DNA of 63,968 nucleotides, the filler included, from Klebsormidium nitens (Eukaryota > Plantae > Klebsormidiophyceae), in the NCBI GenBank assembly GCA_000708835.1. It is 7 parts of 7 records of this genome, joined end to end, with 100 filler letters (N's around TTAATTAATTAA, not from the genome) between each part and the next. Parts side by side here need not be neighbours in the genome. Positions count along the whole stretch, not along the records: positions 27,479 to 30,529 come from DF238441.1; positions 30,630 to 50,165 come from DF237930.1; 5 more parts are not named here. The stretch is one strand, 5' to 3'. Under the pieces are notes generated by a model that was not told the DNA's origin, did no database searches, and saw nothing but the letters and a program-made list of their open reading frames with translations. The translations under genes and the position numbers were made by a program. Shown in pieces: positions 28,316 through 40,500 of this stretch (its first letter is position 1; every line of letters begins with the position of its first letter).

Positions 28316-29436
28316 ATGGGCGCTTCCTGTATTCATGTGGAGAAGCTCCTGAACAAGCTGCGCAACAATCAGCTCTGCCATCGGCTGGCTGAAGCTGCAA
28401 CAACGGTGCTGGTTTGTCCTATATGTCAGAGCATGCGAGCAAACCACCTTCTGATGTTGGAGGAGGTAGCCAGGGACGCTACTGAGATTTTTAGGGATCT
28501 TTTAGTGGATGAGTTGCTACCACAGCTTGTGCAGCAACAGAGCAACTTTCAAAGACAAAGCCGCACCACTGTAAAGACAATTGCACTCAGAAATCATATT
28601 AACCAGGACATCCTGGTCAACCCTGTTAGAGGAAAGCAGTGCCGCCATGCAGACTGCTTTGAGCTGTTGGACTATCTTGAGCGGTGGCATATCCACAAGG
28701 GGAAGTGTGAATTCTGCGACAAACCGGCACCCTTGAAATCACTGGCTCTAGACGTCGAGCTGCAGCAATTCTGCAAACAGGACCATGTAAGAGCATCAGG
28801 TCTTGAGAGGGCAAACCTGACTCCGGACAACACTTTATCGCTGCCCTCTGACATGGTGCCCGTCCTTGACCTTGAAAAAATGGAGGTGCCTGAAAGACCG
28901 GTCAAAGAAGAGAGTGTCCCACGTCAAGCAGGCGTTCCGGAAGTTCCTCCAAGAGCCGTGACCCACGGAACGGTGAGTTTTGCCAGCTGTATTTATAGTG
29001 TTATCAATGCACTGCATCTCTTGAACCTGAGCATGCCAACATCTTGTTTGGTAGCTTCCTGACCGTCCTTGTACTTCTCATACAGTGTACCAGCATTGCT
29101 TACACTGAGTTTAAAGATGAGGTGTTGGCTTGGCCAGCACCGATGTTGTTGTTGTTGGTTGATTATAGGGACTTATGCAAGCGTGAATATATTTGGCAGG
29201 CTTACGATGATGATGAGGTCATGCCTTGGCCTCAAGACGCTCCGAAGGAGGTTGCTGCTTGGGAAGCTCTCGGAGTGAAACCGTGCAGGAGGAGAAGCGA
29301 ATTGCTCTGGGTATTTTACTTTAAACCTGATGGTGGTGGGAGGAAATGTGTCACTAGCAAGGATTTTTGGACGGGTGTGGAAAAAGCTTTGGGCAAAATA
29401 AACAAATCCTTACCAAACACGTTCCGAAGCACTTGA
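28316..29436 (+). CDS. SP-RING (zf-MIZ) SUMO E3-like protein with PWWP-like C-terminus, 2 exons
   Basis: IALRNHINQDILVNPVRGKQCRHADCFEL...KCEFCDKP..LKSLALDVEL matches the SP-RING pattern (PxRGxxCxHxxCF[DE]L...CxxC). A phase-0 GT-AG intron (~28973-29084) joins the ORF ending at 29436, which has IWQAY...MPWP...LWVFYF...FWTGVEKAL (PWWP-like, weaker). Confidence 0.7.
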
Positions 29437-29696
29437 CGTGGCAAATTGATAGATCGTGCAGAATAAAACGAAAACAAGAATCGCTTTGGAACATGTTTCG
29501 ATCATCAACGGCGTACTGTAATCAAAACAATAGGAGAGTCCTCTAACTTGTTTACTATTTGGCCTGCCACAAGTCTTTGTACAATCGCTGCCCTTTGGGA
29601 ACACCTGATTGTTCTTCCAAAAGGTCTATATCGTTCATCTTCCTAGTGCCAAGGAGTTCTCGCCTCTCTAACCTGAAGCATGTCGCCCTCTGCCGC

Positions 29697-29940
29697 TTAT
29701 GCACCACCAGCCATTCTCTGACGAACGCATGAACCATACTCTGAAACTCTGGAATCTGTGATTCGGGCTCCGGAAATCTGAACCCGATACGCCACCGTCA
29801 TGTGAATGTCCTTATATGCATTGACATTCAAAACTGGGATGTCTTGAATCTCGATGAGAAATCTGTGCAGAGTTTCGTCGACTGCCCCATTCTCGGGGAC
29901 CGTCTCGAACATGATCTTCGACTCAACTCCCGACACCTGC
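29697..29940 (-). CDS. Hypothetical exon/ORF, weakly ubiquitin-like at its C-terminus
   Basis: After the acceptor ATAAGCAG the frame reads VSGVESK...YRVQISGARITDSRVSEYGSCVRQRMAGGA*, loosely like ubiquitin RLIFAGKQLEDGRTLSDY...LRLRGG. The alignment needs a gap and is weak. Confidence 0.2.
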
Positions 29941-30529
29941 TTATAATAATCAATCAATGATACGGATGAGCCACTTGATTATTATGTTTCATAAGAATAA
30001 ACATTTTATGAAACAGATAATGATGTGGTATGAGACAGGGCAAACATGCTAGAACAAGAATATACTAAAGTATGAGGCATGGTATACATACTATGAACAG
30101 ATATCAGATTTAAAGTAATACAGATGTCTATTGTGGTCCAGATTCTGGCGCCAAACATCTAGTCACGATCGTACCACTCATCTATCTCTTTTTCGCCCCT
30201 GTACACCCGGCACATACCAGCGATCCTGCGGTCGGGCGAAATTCACTCACGTGTGTCGCACCGCATACACAGGGTTTTTTGGCGGTTTACCATGGTCGGT
30301 TACGGGCTGTTTAAAAACCAGATTCGTGCAATAACCAGACTTGAAATATGGTTACAGCCCCGGTTACTGGACAAAGAACCAGACACCGATCGTGCCGCCG
30401 CCACCATACCCGATGCCATCTTTTCTTGATACTCTCCCGGCGATTCCTTATGCCTTGAAACGCGCACCAGGACGACCAGCGGCGGCCTTTTTAGGCTTCC
30501 GTGATGCGACACCGATCACGATCAACAAG

Positions 30530-30629
30530 NNNNNNNNNNNNNNNNNNNNNNNNNNNNNNNNNNNNNNNNNNNNTTAATTAATTAANNNNNNNNNNNNNNN
30601 NNNNNNNNNNNNNNNNNNNNNNNNNNNNN
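30530..30629. other. Artificial scaffold spacer
   Basis: N44-TTAATTAATTAA-N44. Confidence 0.98.
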
Positions 30630-30940
30630 AGCCGCGGCCCGCCCATGATGGGCCATGGGATTCGAAACAACGTCCTAGCCTTGATAGCACTATAGCCTTG
30701 TAGTACTAGTACTAGTAGTTGCCTGGGGTACTTGTTTCTGGCGCTGGGATGTTGCATGTTGTGATCAGCGCAACGCCCCTGCGGAAGATTTGGTTCTATC
30801 GCCACCACTAGAAGGCACTATTGTGAGGAAGAAGACAGAAGTGTCGTACTAGGCTGTTTTGCTCAGCTGCGGTTGCAGCTCTGATCCAGAATTCTCTGCT
30901 CATCCTTGGAGCTAGCGAAGGCGCGTTCCTGTGCAAGTTT

Positions 30941-33900
30941 ATGGCCTGGCGGTCGGAACTCAATTACACATTTGATGGCGCTGCCGATTCAGCCTGGGAC
31001 GAAGATCCTCATGTTCAGGCTGTGCTGAAGAAGGATTCTGCTTCCGGGCGAGCACCTGGCAGCATTCTGACGAGGAGGGGCCAATTCAGCAATGAAGCAG
31101 CCGTGGTTGCTGCAGGGTGCACTCCAGACCTTGCGGAGACGTCTGAGGAGGCGACTGGCAAGTCCTGGGTAGAGCGGGGGCTGCCGTGGGATGGCCCCCA
31201 TCTTCGTGGGGCAAGGCATGCCAGACAGGAGGACTCCGGCGCTAAGAGCGTGGTAGGAGTGGGCCGAGGTACAGAAATGAAGCGCAAGGGAGGGCTCTCC
31301 AGCTTGGCGGAGTGTGCAGATGCTGGCTGTTCTAAGAAAGCACAAAGACAGGCAGGGGCAGGTCTGTCTCAGGGCGCCATGCCTGTCTTGGCAGCTGGGG
31401 AGGAGTCAACCACAGCCAGGGGTGCTTCCCTGACGCTGCGCTCGAGGGGCGGGGCAGACCTGCCCGCTTTGGAAGATGCTACCTCGCCCCGCGTTTCTCT
31501 TAGCTCAAAGTCCATTTCACATCAGGGGGGCGATCCGGTTCTGGATTGCCCTCAGCATTCTCGCTTAGGCTCCAGCCTCCCAGCCCTGGATGTCCACAAG
31601 GCGGGCTCCCCGCACCATGATGGAACGTCGGAGGCGCCCCCCCTGCTCCTGGCCGATCTGCCCCCCGCCCTGCTGCTGGAGGTCCTGTCGCACCTGCGCG
31701 CGCATGACCTCTCGGTCGTGGCCTGTGTGTCCCGCTTGTTCCGCGGCCTGGCTGCAGAGAGCCAGGGCTGGAAGAACTTCTACTGCGAGAGGTGGCGCCC
31801 CGCGCACCCGCTCCAGGGGCCGCCTGCGGAGGGGGCAGGTGAGGGTCAGGCCTCGACGACCCTGCCCTTGGGAAGTCAGCTCAGTAGTGCCTTTGTCTGA
31901 GATGGAGGAAGGTGCATGGCATTGCAACTTATGACACTCTCGCTTCCAGGCGTTGGGATCACGGCTGTTCTCTTGGTGCTCTTTTTGTGGTTTTCTTGTG
32001 AGCCAGTCATCGGAACGCCAAGTGCGTTGAGGTCCCCAATCATATGCCTTGCCTTCACAACCTGGTCAGTGTTCTGCGCCGTCGAGACTGACATCTCTTG
32101 TCTCCTGCAGAGGCGCATGTCGCCCCGCATGGGCGGTCGTGGAAGGAGCTGTACGTGGAGCGCGAGGTGCGCTCGAGTTCCTTGATCGGCACCTTCCGCG
32201 CGGACTTGCTTCACGGCCACACGGCCTCTGCCCGCTGCGTCAAAATCCTGCCTGGGAGCCCCATCGTGGCTTCGGGCGGCTACGATCGATCGGTGCGCCT
32301 CTGGGACCTGGACACGGGCATGCCGCTCGCCATGACGGCGCCGCTGGACGAGACGGTGAGGGCTCCCTTACTGTTTCGGTTGAGAGTGGTGCATTTGAAA
32401 CGAAGGAGCCGGCCCAGGTGGCTTTTTAAGCGAAAAACGAGACAAACTGCTGAACAGTTCGACTAGGTGCAATTTGAGTGGCTCACTCCGCTTCTTACAC
32501 GATATGTTGGGCGAGGTTTTCCTTCGCCTTCTCTAGTTGTTTGCTTACTTATTACCACAGCAATCCAGGTGACTTTGGTTTCCTGTCTAACAGGTGCGGT
32601 CAGTGGCAATCGATCACGATTCGCTCGCTGCCGGCACCAGCGACGGGGCCCTCCGCGTGTGGCACGCCTCCAATGCGTGCTCGCACCTGTTTGACCTGGG
32701 CGGGCAGGTCAGCCTGGGCTCCGAGAGCAGCTTTAGCAGCCCGGACAGGTGGTGGGGCCACGGAGGGCCGGTGTCGTGCCTAGCGCTGGAGGAGGGGCGC
32801 CTCTACAGCGGGTCCTGGGACATGACAGCCAAGGTGCGGGCCACCAGGCCTCCCCACACTCGATTGGAGCACCTGTAGAAGGCGCGACACCCAAGATCGT
32901 CGAAAGCAACAACAGATGTCTGACTTCGTCGATGCCCCTCCGCCATGTTGTGGTTTGTTGCACCGATACGAGACATACACGCTTGCTAGGCCAGCACCCG
33001 GCCAGTTTCCGGGCCCGAGGTCGACACGGACATCCCCCTGAGAATTGAAGCTGTTTCCTGCGGCGCAAAATGTCGTTCCCGTGATTGGCCTTCGCATCAT
33101 GGGCAACGGAAACTCAAGCCCCGTATCAGCATCGTAGAGCAGGTCTGAAGGTCGAGACGCGGCACGCAAGCTAACATTTCCTGTTCTCGCCTCGACCACC
33201 CTGCTGACCTGTTGTCCCTGCCCCTCAGGTGTGGGCCACTGACGCCTCCTCCGACTCGGTCCTGCGCGTATTCACGCACCGGGACTGGGTGTGGGCCCTG
33301 GTGGTGCGGCGTGGCACACTGTTGAGCACGGCCGGCCCGGACCTGTACCGCTGGGACGTCGAGACGGGGCGCCTGCTCACGCTGCGGCGGCGCGTGCACG
33401 GGCAGGCGCACGCGGTGCAGGGCACGCGGTCGGGCCACTTCACCTTCACGGCAGGCGACGACGGCGCCGTGCGCCTCTTCGACGAGAGGCTGCCGAGCAG
33501 GAAGGGTAATGAAAGCGGGGCGGAGGAGGCGGTGGTGGCCTGGCGGCCGCATGCGGCGGCCATCAATGCGCTCGCTTTCGAAGACCCGTGGCTGGTGAGG
33601 GGCCTCAAAAACCCAACCTTTCCCGGCCGTCTTGCTGGACACAGTGTAGAACAAAGCTTTCACCATCGACATTAGACGTCAATCAACTGGCGAAACAAAT
33701 CGCAAAGCCACGTCAGATGGGCAGCAGTTCAGGAAACGGACTTGTTCACTGTGCTTTTGGATTGAGCTCTCTCTCAGCCTGCGACGAAAATATGACACAA
33801 ACGGCACGGCGATTGGGGCTGCTGTCATGGCGTAGCGGTCTAAAATCTGACTCCTTAACCATAATAGACAACACCTCGACCCTCTCGGTGCTCATCTAGA

Positions 33901-34972
33901 CGTAGTCTAAAAGCTTCGGATCTGGTTTCGTAAAATCGAGCGCAGTGGTCCAGTGTCCCTCTGTGATCGTCACAACAGGGGTTACTGGAGTGCCGCACCT
34001 CTTGTGAAAAGTTTCTACCCTTTGCATGTTTGAAGTTGGATTCAGCTTCTCACTCGGTCGTCCGGTCGCAGGTGGCCGCCTCCAGCGACGCCCAGCTGAG
34101 CATGCTGGATGCCCGGGGGTACATTCACGGGCCACGCCGCGGGCCTGGCCATGCCCCGGGTCCCCGGCACCGGGCGCCAGCAGGGCCGTCCGGCGGGCCC
34201 GAGACGGGTGCCGTGAGCCGGAGGCTGGGGGCCTTTGCGACAGCCGCGCTGTGCGTGGACCTGGACGGGGTGCGCCTGGTCGCGGGGGGGGAGGGGCCGT
34301 CGCACGTGCTCAGAGTGTGGGACTTCTCCCAGGTGAGGGGCAGTGCAGGCGACTCGCAGCGACAGCGTATGGGTACGGCTGTAAGCTCCGAGTCTCAAAC
34401 GCCTCGAGCGGGCGGAGTCGTGTTCAGCGATTGCTTAGTTCTGCGATCCGTTGCAATCTGCTGAGCACTGCAAACGTTCTGAAGGCTCACGGTCAAGAAC
34501 GACATGGGATCCAAGCATGACAGGGCATCCTGCTTTCTGCGTGTGAAATCCCTTTTGTTGCTTGGACTGTCCGCCGTCGACTAAAGCCGAGCCGTTTTCC
34601 GGGGCGCATGGGCAGGCCTTGGAGATCGAGCGGCGCGTGCAGGCCTCCCGCCAGAGCCGGCAGCGGCAGCGGCAGAAGAAGCGGCACGACAACCAGGAGT
34701 CGGTTGAGCGAACAGCTGCGGGCAGCTCCGCAGGCAGCCGCTGTGGCAAGCAAGAGACGGGCCGGTCTAGCAAAGAGGGGCGCGCGCGTGGGGATGGGCA
34801 CCCGCGATTGCACTTGGCCCGGCCGCATCCGCTTCCGCGGGAGCCGCTTGCCAAGATGAGCGTACATAGCGAGCGGAGTAAGGAGAGGGGCAAAGGACGA
34901 GGGGGCGCCTTGAGAGGAGCCGAGAAGGCGAGCTCCGACGAGGTGTGGCAGATCAAGGGAAGAGGCAGATGA
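30941..34972 (+). CDS. F-box/WD40-repeat protein, about 6 exons
   Basis: F-box LLADLPPALLLEVLSHLRAHDLSVVACVSRLFR...WKNFY; WD40 repeats GHTASARCV..SGGYDRSVRLWD, GHGGPVSCL..SGSWDMTAK|VW, THRDWVWAL, PHAAAINALAF. GT-AG boundaries at about 31839, 32111-32356, 32593-32832, 33229-33594, 34072-34332 and 34607. Confidence 0.85.
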
Positions 34973-35722
34973 CACAAGGGCGCCCCTGGACGGACAGGTT
35001 CTGGCAATGTACATGTTTGAGCTACCTGGTATTCGTGATGCACTTTCAAGGCTGTTCCTTGTGCCTCCAATGTGAACTTGACTAGCAGGAGCTGCCCGCA
35101 TCCTGTAGGGGCAGTTGGCTTGCAAGTGCCATAGGGGACGGTGTGCTCTTACACAACAACGTCTCAATAAGTCGGGCCTGCTCTTAGTATGTAATCTGGC
35201 TGAAAGTAAGTCGCCACCTATCATGTGGCCTGCAGCAGCGATCGGGTCATTGCCATTATGCAGCGACTGCATACTGCACGCATGGATACTTCTTATTATG
35301 ATGCCCTTGCACGAGGCATGGGGCCGATATCATAATACTCTCTAGCGCGTAAGAAGCTGGCCATGCGCGACGGTCTATCTTAAGAGCTGAGATAAGGATG
35401 CAGTGGCACCCATGTACCGTCCGAGTAGCCTGCCGGGTACGTGTGCATGGAACTGAATGCGTATATTCAGTCATATACGTCTGATTGCAAGGAGAATCAA
35501 AAAATGCAGCGAGCAATTTCAGTTGTATCGATCATCTGGAACGATCATCATTGCACATGCATGTACTTTTGATAGTAACCACATAGTAACCATGCCTAGG
35601 CCATCTAACTTAAGACAGTGCAGATCTTCGAGAGCCGGCTCCGAACAACTCACTGAGTTCTTTTTAGAACAGTCTTAGCCTAATATGTTACAACCTCTCT
35701 GATCCTCTTCAGGTATGATATT

Positions 35723-36644
35723 CTAATCCAATTGTTTTTGAAGTTCCTGAACTCTTTCTACATGTTCATTCTCTTCACTACCATCATCGCTCTGCCCCTC
35801 ATCTTGCCCCCCTTGTGTTGTTCCATCTCCTGCCCCATTCCTTCTGCTTTTTTTCTTGTCTTTCAACTTTTGCCGTTTTGCCCTCTTCTTAGATGTTCTT
35901 TCTTCCGCGGCAGCTAATCTCTCTAGTCTTCGTTTCTCAAACTCTGCTTCTGCCACCTTCTTCTTGAAGTCTTCCTCCATTCTTGCAAGACGGTCCTGCT
36001 CCCACCGTCGCATCGCTCGATACTGTCACAAGGTGAAGCAAGACAGCAATCAGGGATGAGCTGCAGGGCACTGAATACCAGAGAAGCGTGCCGCTTGACC
36101 CCTTACTGAAGGGCAGTCTATTGTGAAAGCGGGCAGTAGGAGTTGGTGGCTAGTGGGGAAGTAGCGCTTGGGAAGAAACAGAGCTGAAATAAAGATTTCA
36201 ATATGTGGTTGTTGGTATTAGCGAAAAGAGAAAAAAAACTTGGCAACTTCGACCAATTACTGACTAGACCATTGTTTCCTTTCTTCACCCTTGAGTTCTG
36301 GGGCTAGTAATAAAGGATAGAAGGCGCTGGTCAATCAGCAAAGCTTGAAGTCAAAAGTGTAGTAAGCGCTGTGATTCGCTGGACAATCGGGCCCTTGCCT
36401 GATGAAAGTCACCGCTTCCAGCGCCCGCAGAACTGCCCGACACGTTGCTGACTTTGGCAGGGACCTCCTCTGTGATCTTGCGCAGCTTCTCCTCAAAGCT
36501 GACAGTGTCTCCTGGCATCCGTGGGCCCACCCGGATTTGCCCAATGCTGCCGCCGACAACAAGGGCCTTTCCGTCACCACCCTCACCATCTTTTGCAGTG
36601 TGGACAGGCACAATCTCTTTGCCGTTTCTTTCCTGTTCTGCCAT
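35723..36644 (-). CDS. PRKRIP1: PRKR-interacting protein 1 homolog (DUF1168 family), 2 exons
   Basis: Conserved VSNVSGSSAGAGSGDFHQ|YRAMRRWEQDRL...EERTSKKRAKRQK. Exons 36644-36399 and 36022-35723 are joined by a GC-AG intron. Confidence 0.92.
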
Positions 36645-36916
36645 CGAAATGCAAGGTCATGAGATCTTATCAGCGAGGTCAGAACTGAATGCGGTGATGC
36701 AGCAGGTGCAGTGGAAGCGAAGGCGGCCAGGGCGTCGCGCTCGTCGCGGCTTGGATCGGCCCGGGATGCCCGCACTTTCTTGGCGCAGGAGCAATGCCTT
36801 AGCAATGGCACAGCTCTGAGACTGAGTGACAGTCTGAGACGGTCTCAGTTTCTGAATACTGTATTGCCAGGGGTTCCGGCGGAAAAAGCCGCCTGCCGGG
36901 GCCCGTTCAGGCCATA

Positions 36917-37240
36917 CCCGTACGACCAAGGTATGATTCCGAATAAATAAATAATTATTTGCATTCGGAAAGTTGGAAACTCCGGATAAGCAGTCGGATT
37001 CTGCTTTTTCGGAAACCAAAAATAATTGCTAAATCTCATTCGGAAACTGACTTCTAAGGCCGTATGAGCATACGGTACGTACTTTTTACCGTTAAAAGCC
37101 TAGAAAACATGGGTACCTGGGTACCTCCGGGCAATTCGGATTTGGGGTCGGAAAGTGGAAAATAATACATCATTTGGGCTCGCATTCGCTAAAATAGTCG
37201 CCTTTTTTGAGCATTTGGAATCATACCTTGGTCGTACGGG
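36917..37240. mobile_element. 324-bp TA-target MITE (Tc1/mariner-pogo type)
   Basis: Perfect 24-bp TIR CCCGTACGACCAAGGTATGATTCC and its reverse complement, flanked by TA on both sides (36915-16, 37241-42), with internal TTCGGAAA/TTCCGAA repeats. Confidence 0.85.
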
Positions 37241-37533
37241 TATGCCCAAAAGCACTTCCGGTCAATCAGCCTTTCGCCGGAACTCCTCAAAAGGGCGAAT
37301 TAAAATTTAAAGCTTGTGTAGCTGGCACTGAACAAGGCGCATGCTCTGCTAGTTCCACTGCAGTCTGCAGTTTGCAGAAGCTTCTAGTTCGGGTACTGTG
37401 TGCAAAGTCAATTTAGCGGCAAAAAGGAGCAACAGCCATTGGCATCAGCAAGTCATGAGTGCCAGTGATTGTTGAGGAGACATAGAGCGGATTGTAGAAT
37501 TCTCAGACAGGTTGTCAAGGTTCCCCTCAAGTC

Positions 37534-40500
37534 ATGGCGGACGTACCCACGGTGGAGCAGCTGTATGAAGCGGGCCAGAAGTTGACTGAATTGAAAGATG
37601 ATGCCAGCAAGGTGAGTTGTGAAAGTTGTTTGTTGCTGTCTGACAACATCAAGGTCTTATGGGTCGGACTTATCTGCCAGACGCTTTAATAAAGCAGCGA
37701 GGGCAGCCCTCATGCGTGCATTGGTGGTGCAGCTGGAGGCGGACTACCGCCTCATTGTGAGTGCTGCCCAGGGGGACAGCAAAACCAAGCAGCTGGCGGC
37801 CCAGTTCATCCCCAAATTCTTCAAGTCCTTCCCGGGGGTGCAGCTGCAGGCAATGAGCGCACAGCTCGACCTGTGTGAGGATGAGGAGTTTGCGGTGAGA
37901 AAAAGTAAAGCAGCGGGTTACGGGCATGTGAGGGAACTCTGGCAACTTTGCACATACTCACCTCAACCACCCCCACTTTCTGCAACTTTGCACATACCAC
38001 ACGTACTGATATACAGAGTTTTTGAATCAGGCTGCATTTAAGTCTCTGCTGATGAAAGCATTCGCTGCTCCAACTTGACTTCTCAAGTTTCTACACCAAG
38101 TCCTGAAAGATCTATTCGGTGTTCGCAGGTGCGCGTGCAAGCCATCCGTGGTTTGCCCCAGATTGCCAAAGATGTCCCCGAGTATCTGCAGAAGTCCGCC
38201 GACATCCTGACTCAGCTCCTGCAAGCCAGTGAGGGCACACTACCACCAATCGTTGGACGCCCTCGCTGATGGTTCATCTTCAGAATGACCGATGCGTGCA
38301 ATCAGTGTTGATTGGATTTGTTTTGATTGCTTCATTCTTCTCGTTGGTCATCACTCTCACACGAACTTGGAGTGTTTGATCAGACAGGTGTTGGTGAACC
38401 CAGCTCGTCTGGTTGCCCCTTGCGACCCCTGCCTCGCTACTGTGCAGGTGAGGCCTTGGAGTTGGAGGCCGTCAAGAAGGCGCTGATGACGATCCTCCGC
38501 CTGGATGCAAAGAGTGAGCGACGCCCACTCTTTAAGAATGTCACTTTTCCACAAGTCTCACCACATGGAATGGGTTGTTTTATACACATTTTCAACCTGC
38601 AAAATCTGTGGCTACTCTTCCTTTCTGGCGGTCCTCTGCGTGCTGCAATTGATTGCTGGAGCTGTGTATGCAGCGACCCTGGAGGCCATTTTTCAGAACC
38701 TGGACTCGGCTGAACCGGAGCTCAAGGTACTGGTGCACCAGTTCCTCAAGGACAAGGTGGGCAGCAACTTCTCTGATGCACGCGCTGGCTCTCATTGGTG
38801 CGGAGTATGGCTGACCGAGGCTTCATCGTGGTGCACACTGTTGGCTGTGGGGTCCAGTTGCAAGCGTTGCTGCGGTGATATGCTCTGAGCTGCTGCCACG
38901 TGTGTGCAGGTGTTCTCCACCCGCCAGGAGTGGATGAAGGCAGCCAACAAGGCGGAGCTTGAGAAAACGATCTCCGACCTGGTCACGCAGGTGGGCACCA
39001 TCAAATTGCCACTTGGCTCCCTCCGCTTGCTTGGCAGGCAAAGTCAGGCAAGGGGAAAGACAAGCAGGCGATGCCGATCCTGCGAAGTAGCCAAGGTGCA
39101 TGGAGGTCTTGGTTTCGGTGTTCAAGCACTAGGAATGTACACAACAGGCGACGAAATCTATGTAAAGCATCCGAACTCGGCTTCGTATTCTGGTCATTTG
39201 ATGCATCCTTTGTTCTTGCGTTGCAGGCCCTGTCGACCGCCACCCCTGGTGAGGTGCGCGACTTTTTGGAGCTGTTGCTGTCGCTGGACCTGTACTCGCA
39301 GCCTGCCGGGAAGGACCACGTGCAATCCCTACTGGATGCAGTGGCCAAGAGAGCGGGGCAGCAAGACAACATCGATGTGAGCCAGCCAACGGCGCCGCCC
39401 CAGTGTCTTCTTGAACGGGCAGTTGTTGTCGAGTCCAATTCTTTCCTGGCCTCCATATGTGACGGCCTCGTGTCTTTCGAACGCACAACTGGCTCTACCT
39501 CAGCAGCGCTGACGTTCTGGTATGATAAGCATGTTGGCTCGCAAAGGGCTTTTGAGATCACCTCCCTCAGAATGTTCCCAGGACGCCTCGTTTTAATGTT
39601 TCCCGCTTTGCTTGGTGCAGGTGTCTGACGAGGAGGCCCTTCAGAACCTGATTGCGTTCACGAGCGCCGCTGTGCCACTCTTCAAGGTAGCTACCTGCAA
39701 CACAAACTACGAAGTTCTGCGTGCTCATGCCGTACCTTGGCAGTACTCCTATTTGTGGACACGTCAGAATGGAAGGCCTTCTTGCACTGATGGCCAGCAT
39801 TCCTGACTATGTGTGGCTCTGCCTCGCTGTGCAGGCCGGTGGCACGAGCTCCTCCCTGGTCCACCAGCTGACCCGGGCAGTCCTGCCCAGCTTCGACAAG
39901 GTGACCGCCCCCCTCACACTTGCACCCGCTCGGTCCCCGTTCTTGCCATTGGAGTGACCCTTGGGGCCGGGAAGAAGGTGGTGGAAGCCGCAGGTAGCGG
40001 GGCAGCCGCCGTCCCTTGAATGGCATGGCTTTATATGCAGCTCTTCTCGTCATGGCAACGGCTGACGGCCGGCTCTTCCCGGATGCAGATGTTAGCCACG
40101 AGCCAGCTTTCCTTCTTGAAGGCCTTGGCTGAGACGTCCGTGTACGTCTCGGGCTCTGACGCCCGGACAGCGCTGCCGGTCCTGCTCGACGTCATCAAGG
40201 TACGCCTCGCACCTGGATGGCACGCCTCTGCTTGCACCGCATCCTCGCGCAGTGGGGAACATCAGCTGAAGGAACTCGAAGGTTGAGTCCACAGCGCCAG
40301 CTTTTTTAATCGCTCGAGTTGCAGATGCCGAGATGCAGATGCCGAGAGGTTTGGCTTGGGTGGTTTGGAAGGAAACATGACTGTGGCTGGGCTGTGTTTT
40401 GGTGCAGAAGTTGTTGCCGCGGCGGAAGGACACGGCCTCCGTGACAGAGGACCGACAGTACTTCACGTCCGTGGAAGCGCTCCTCTTCACATTCCACCAG

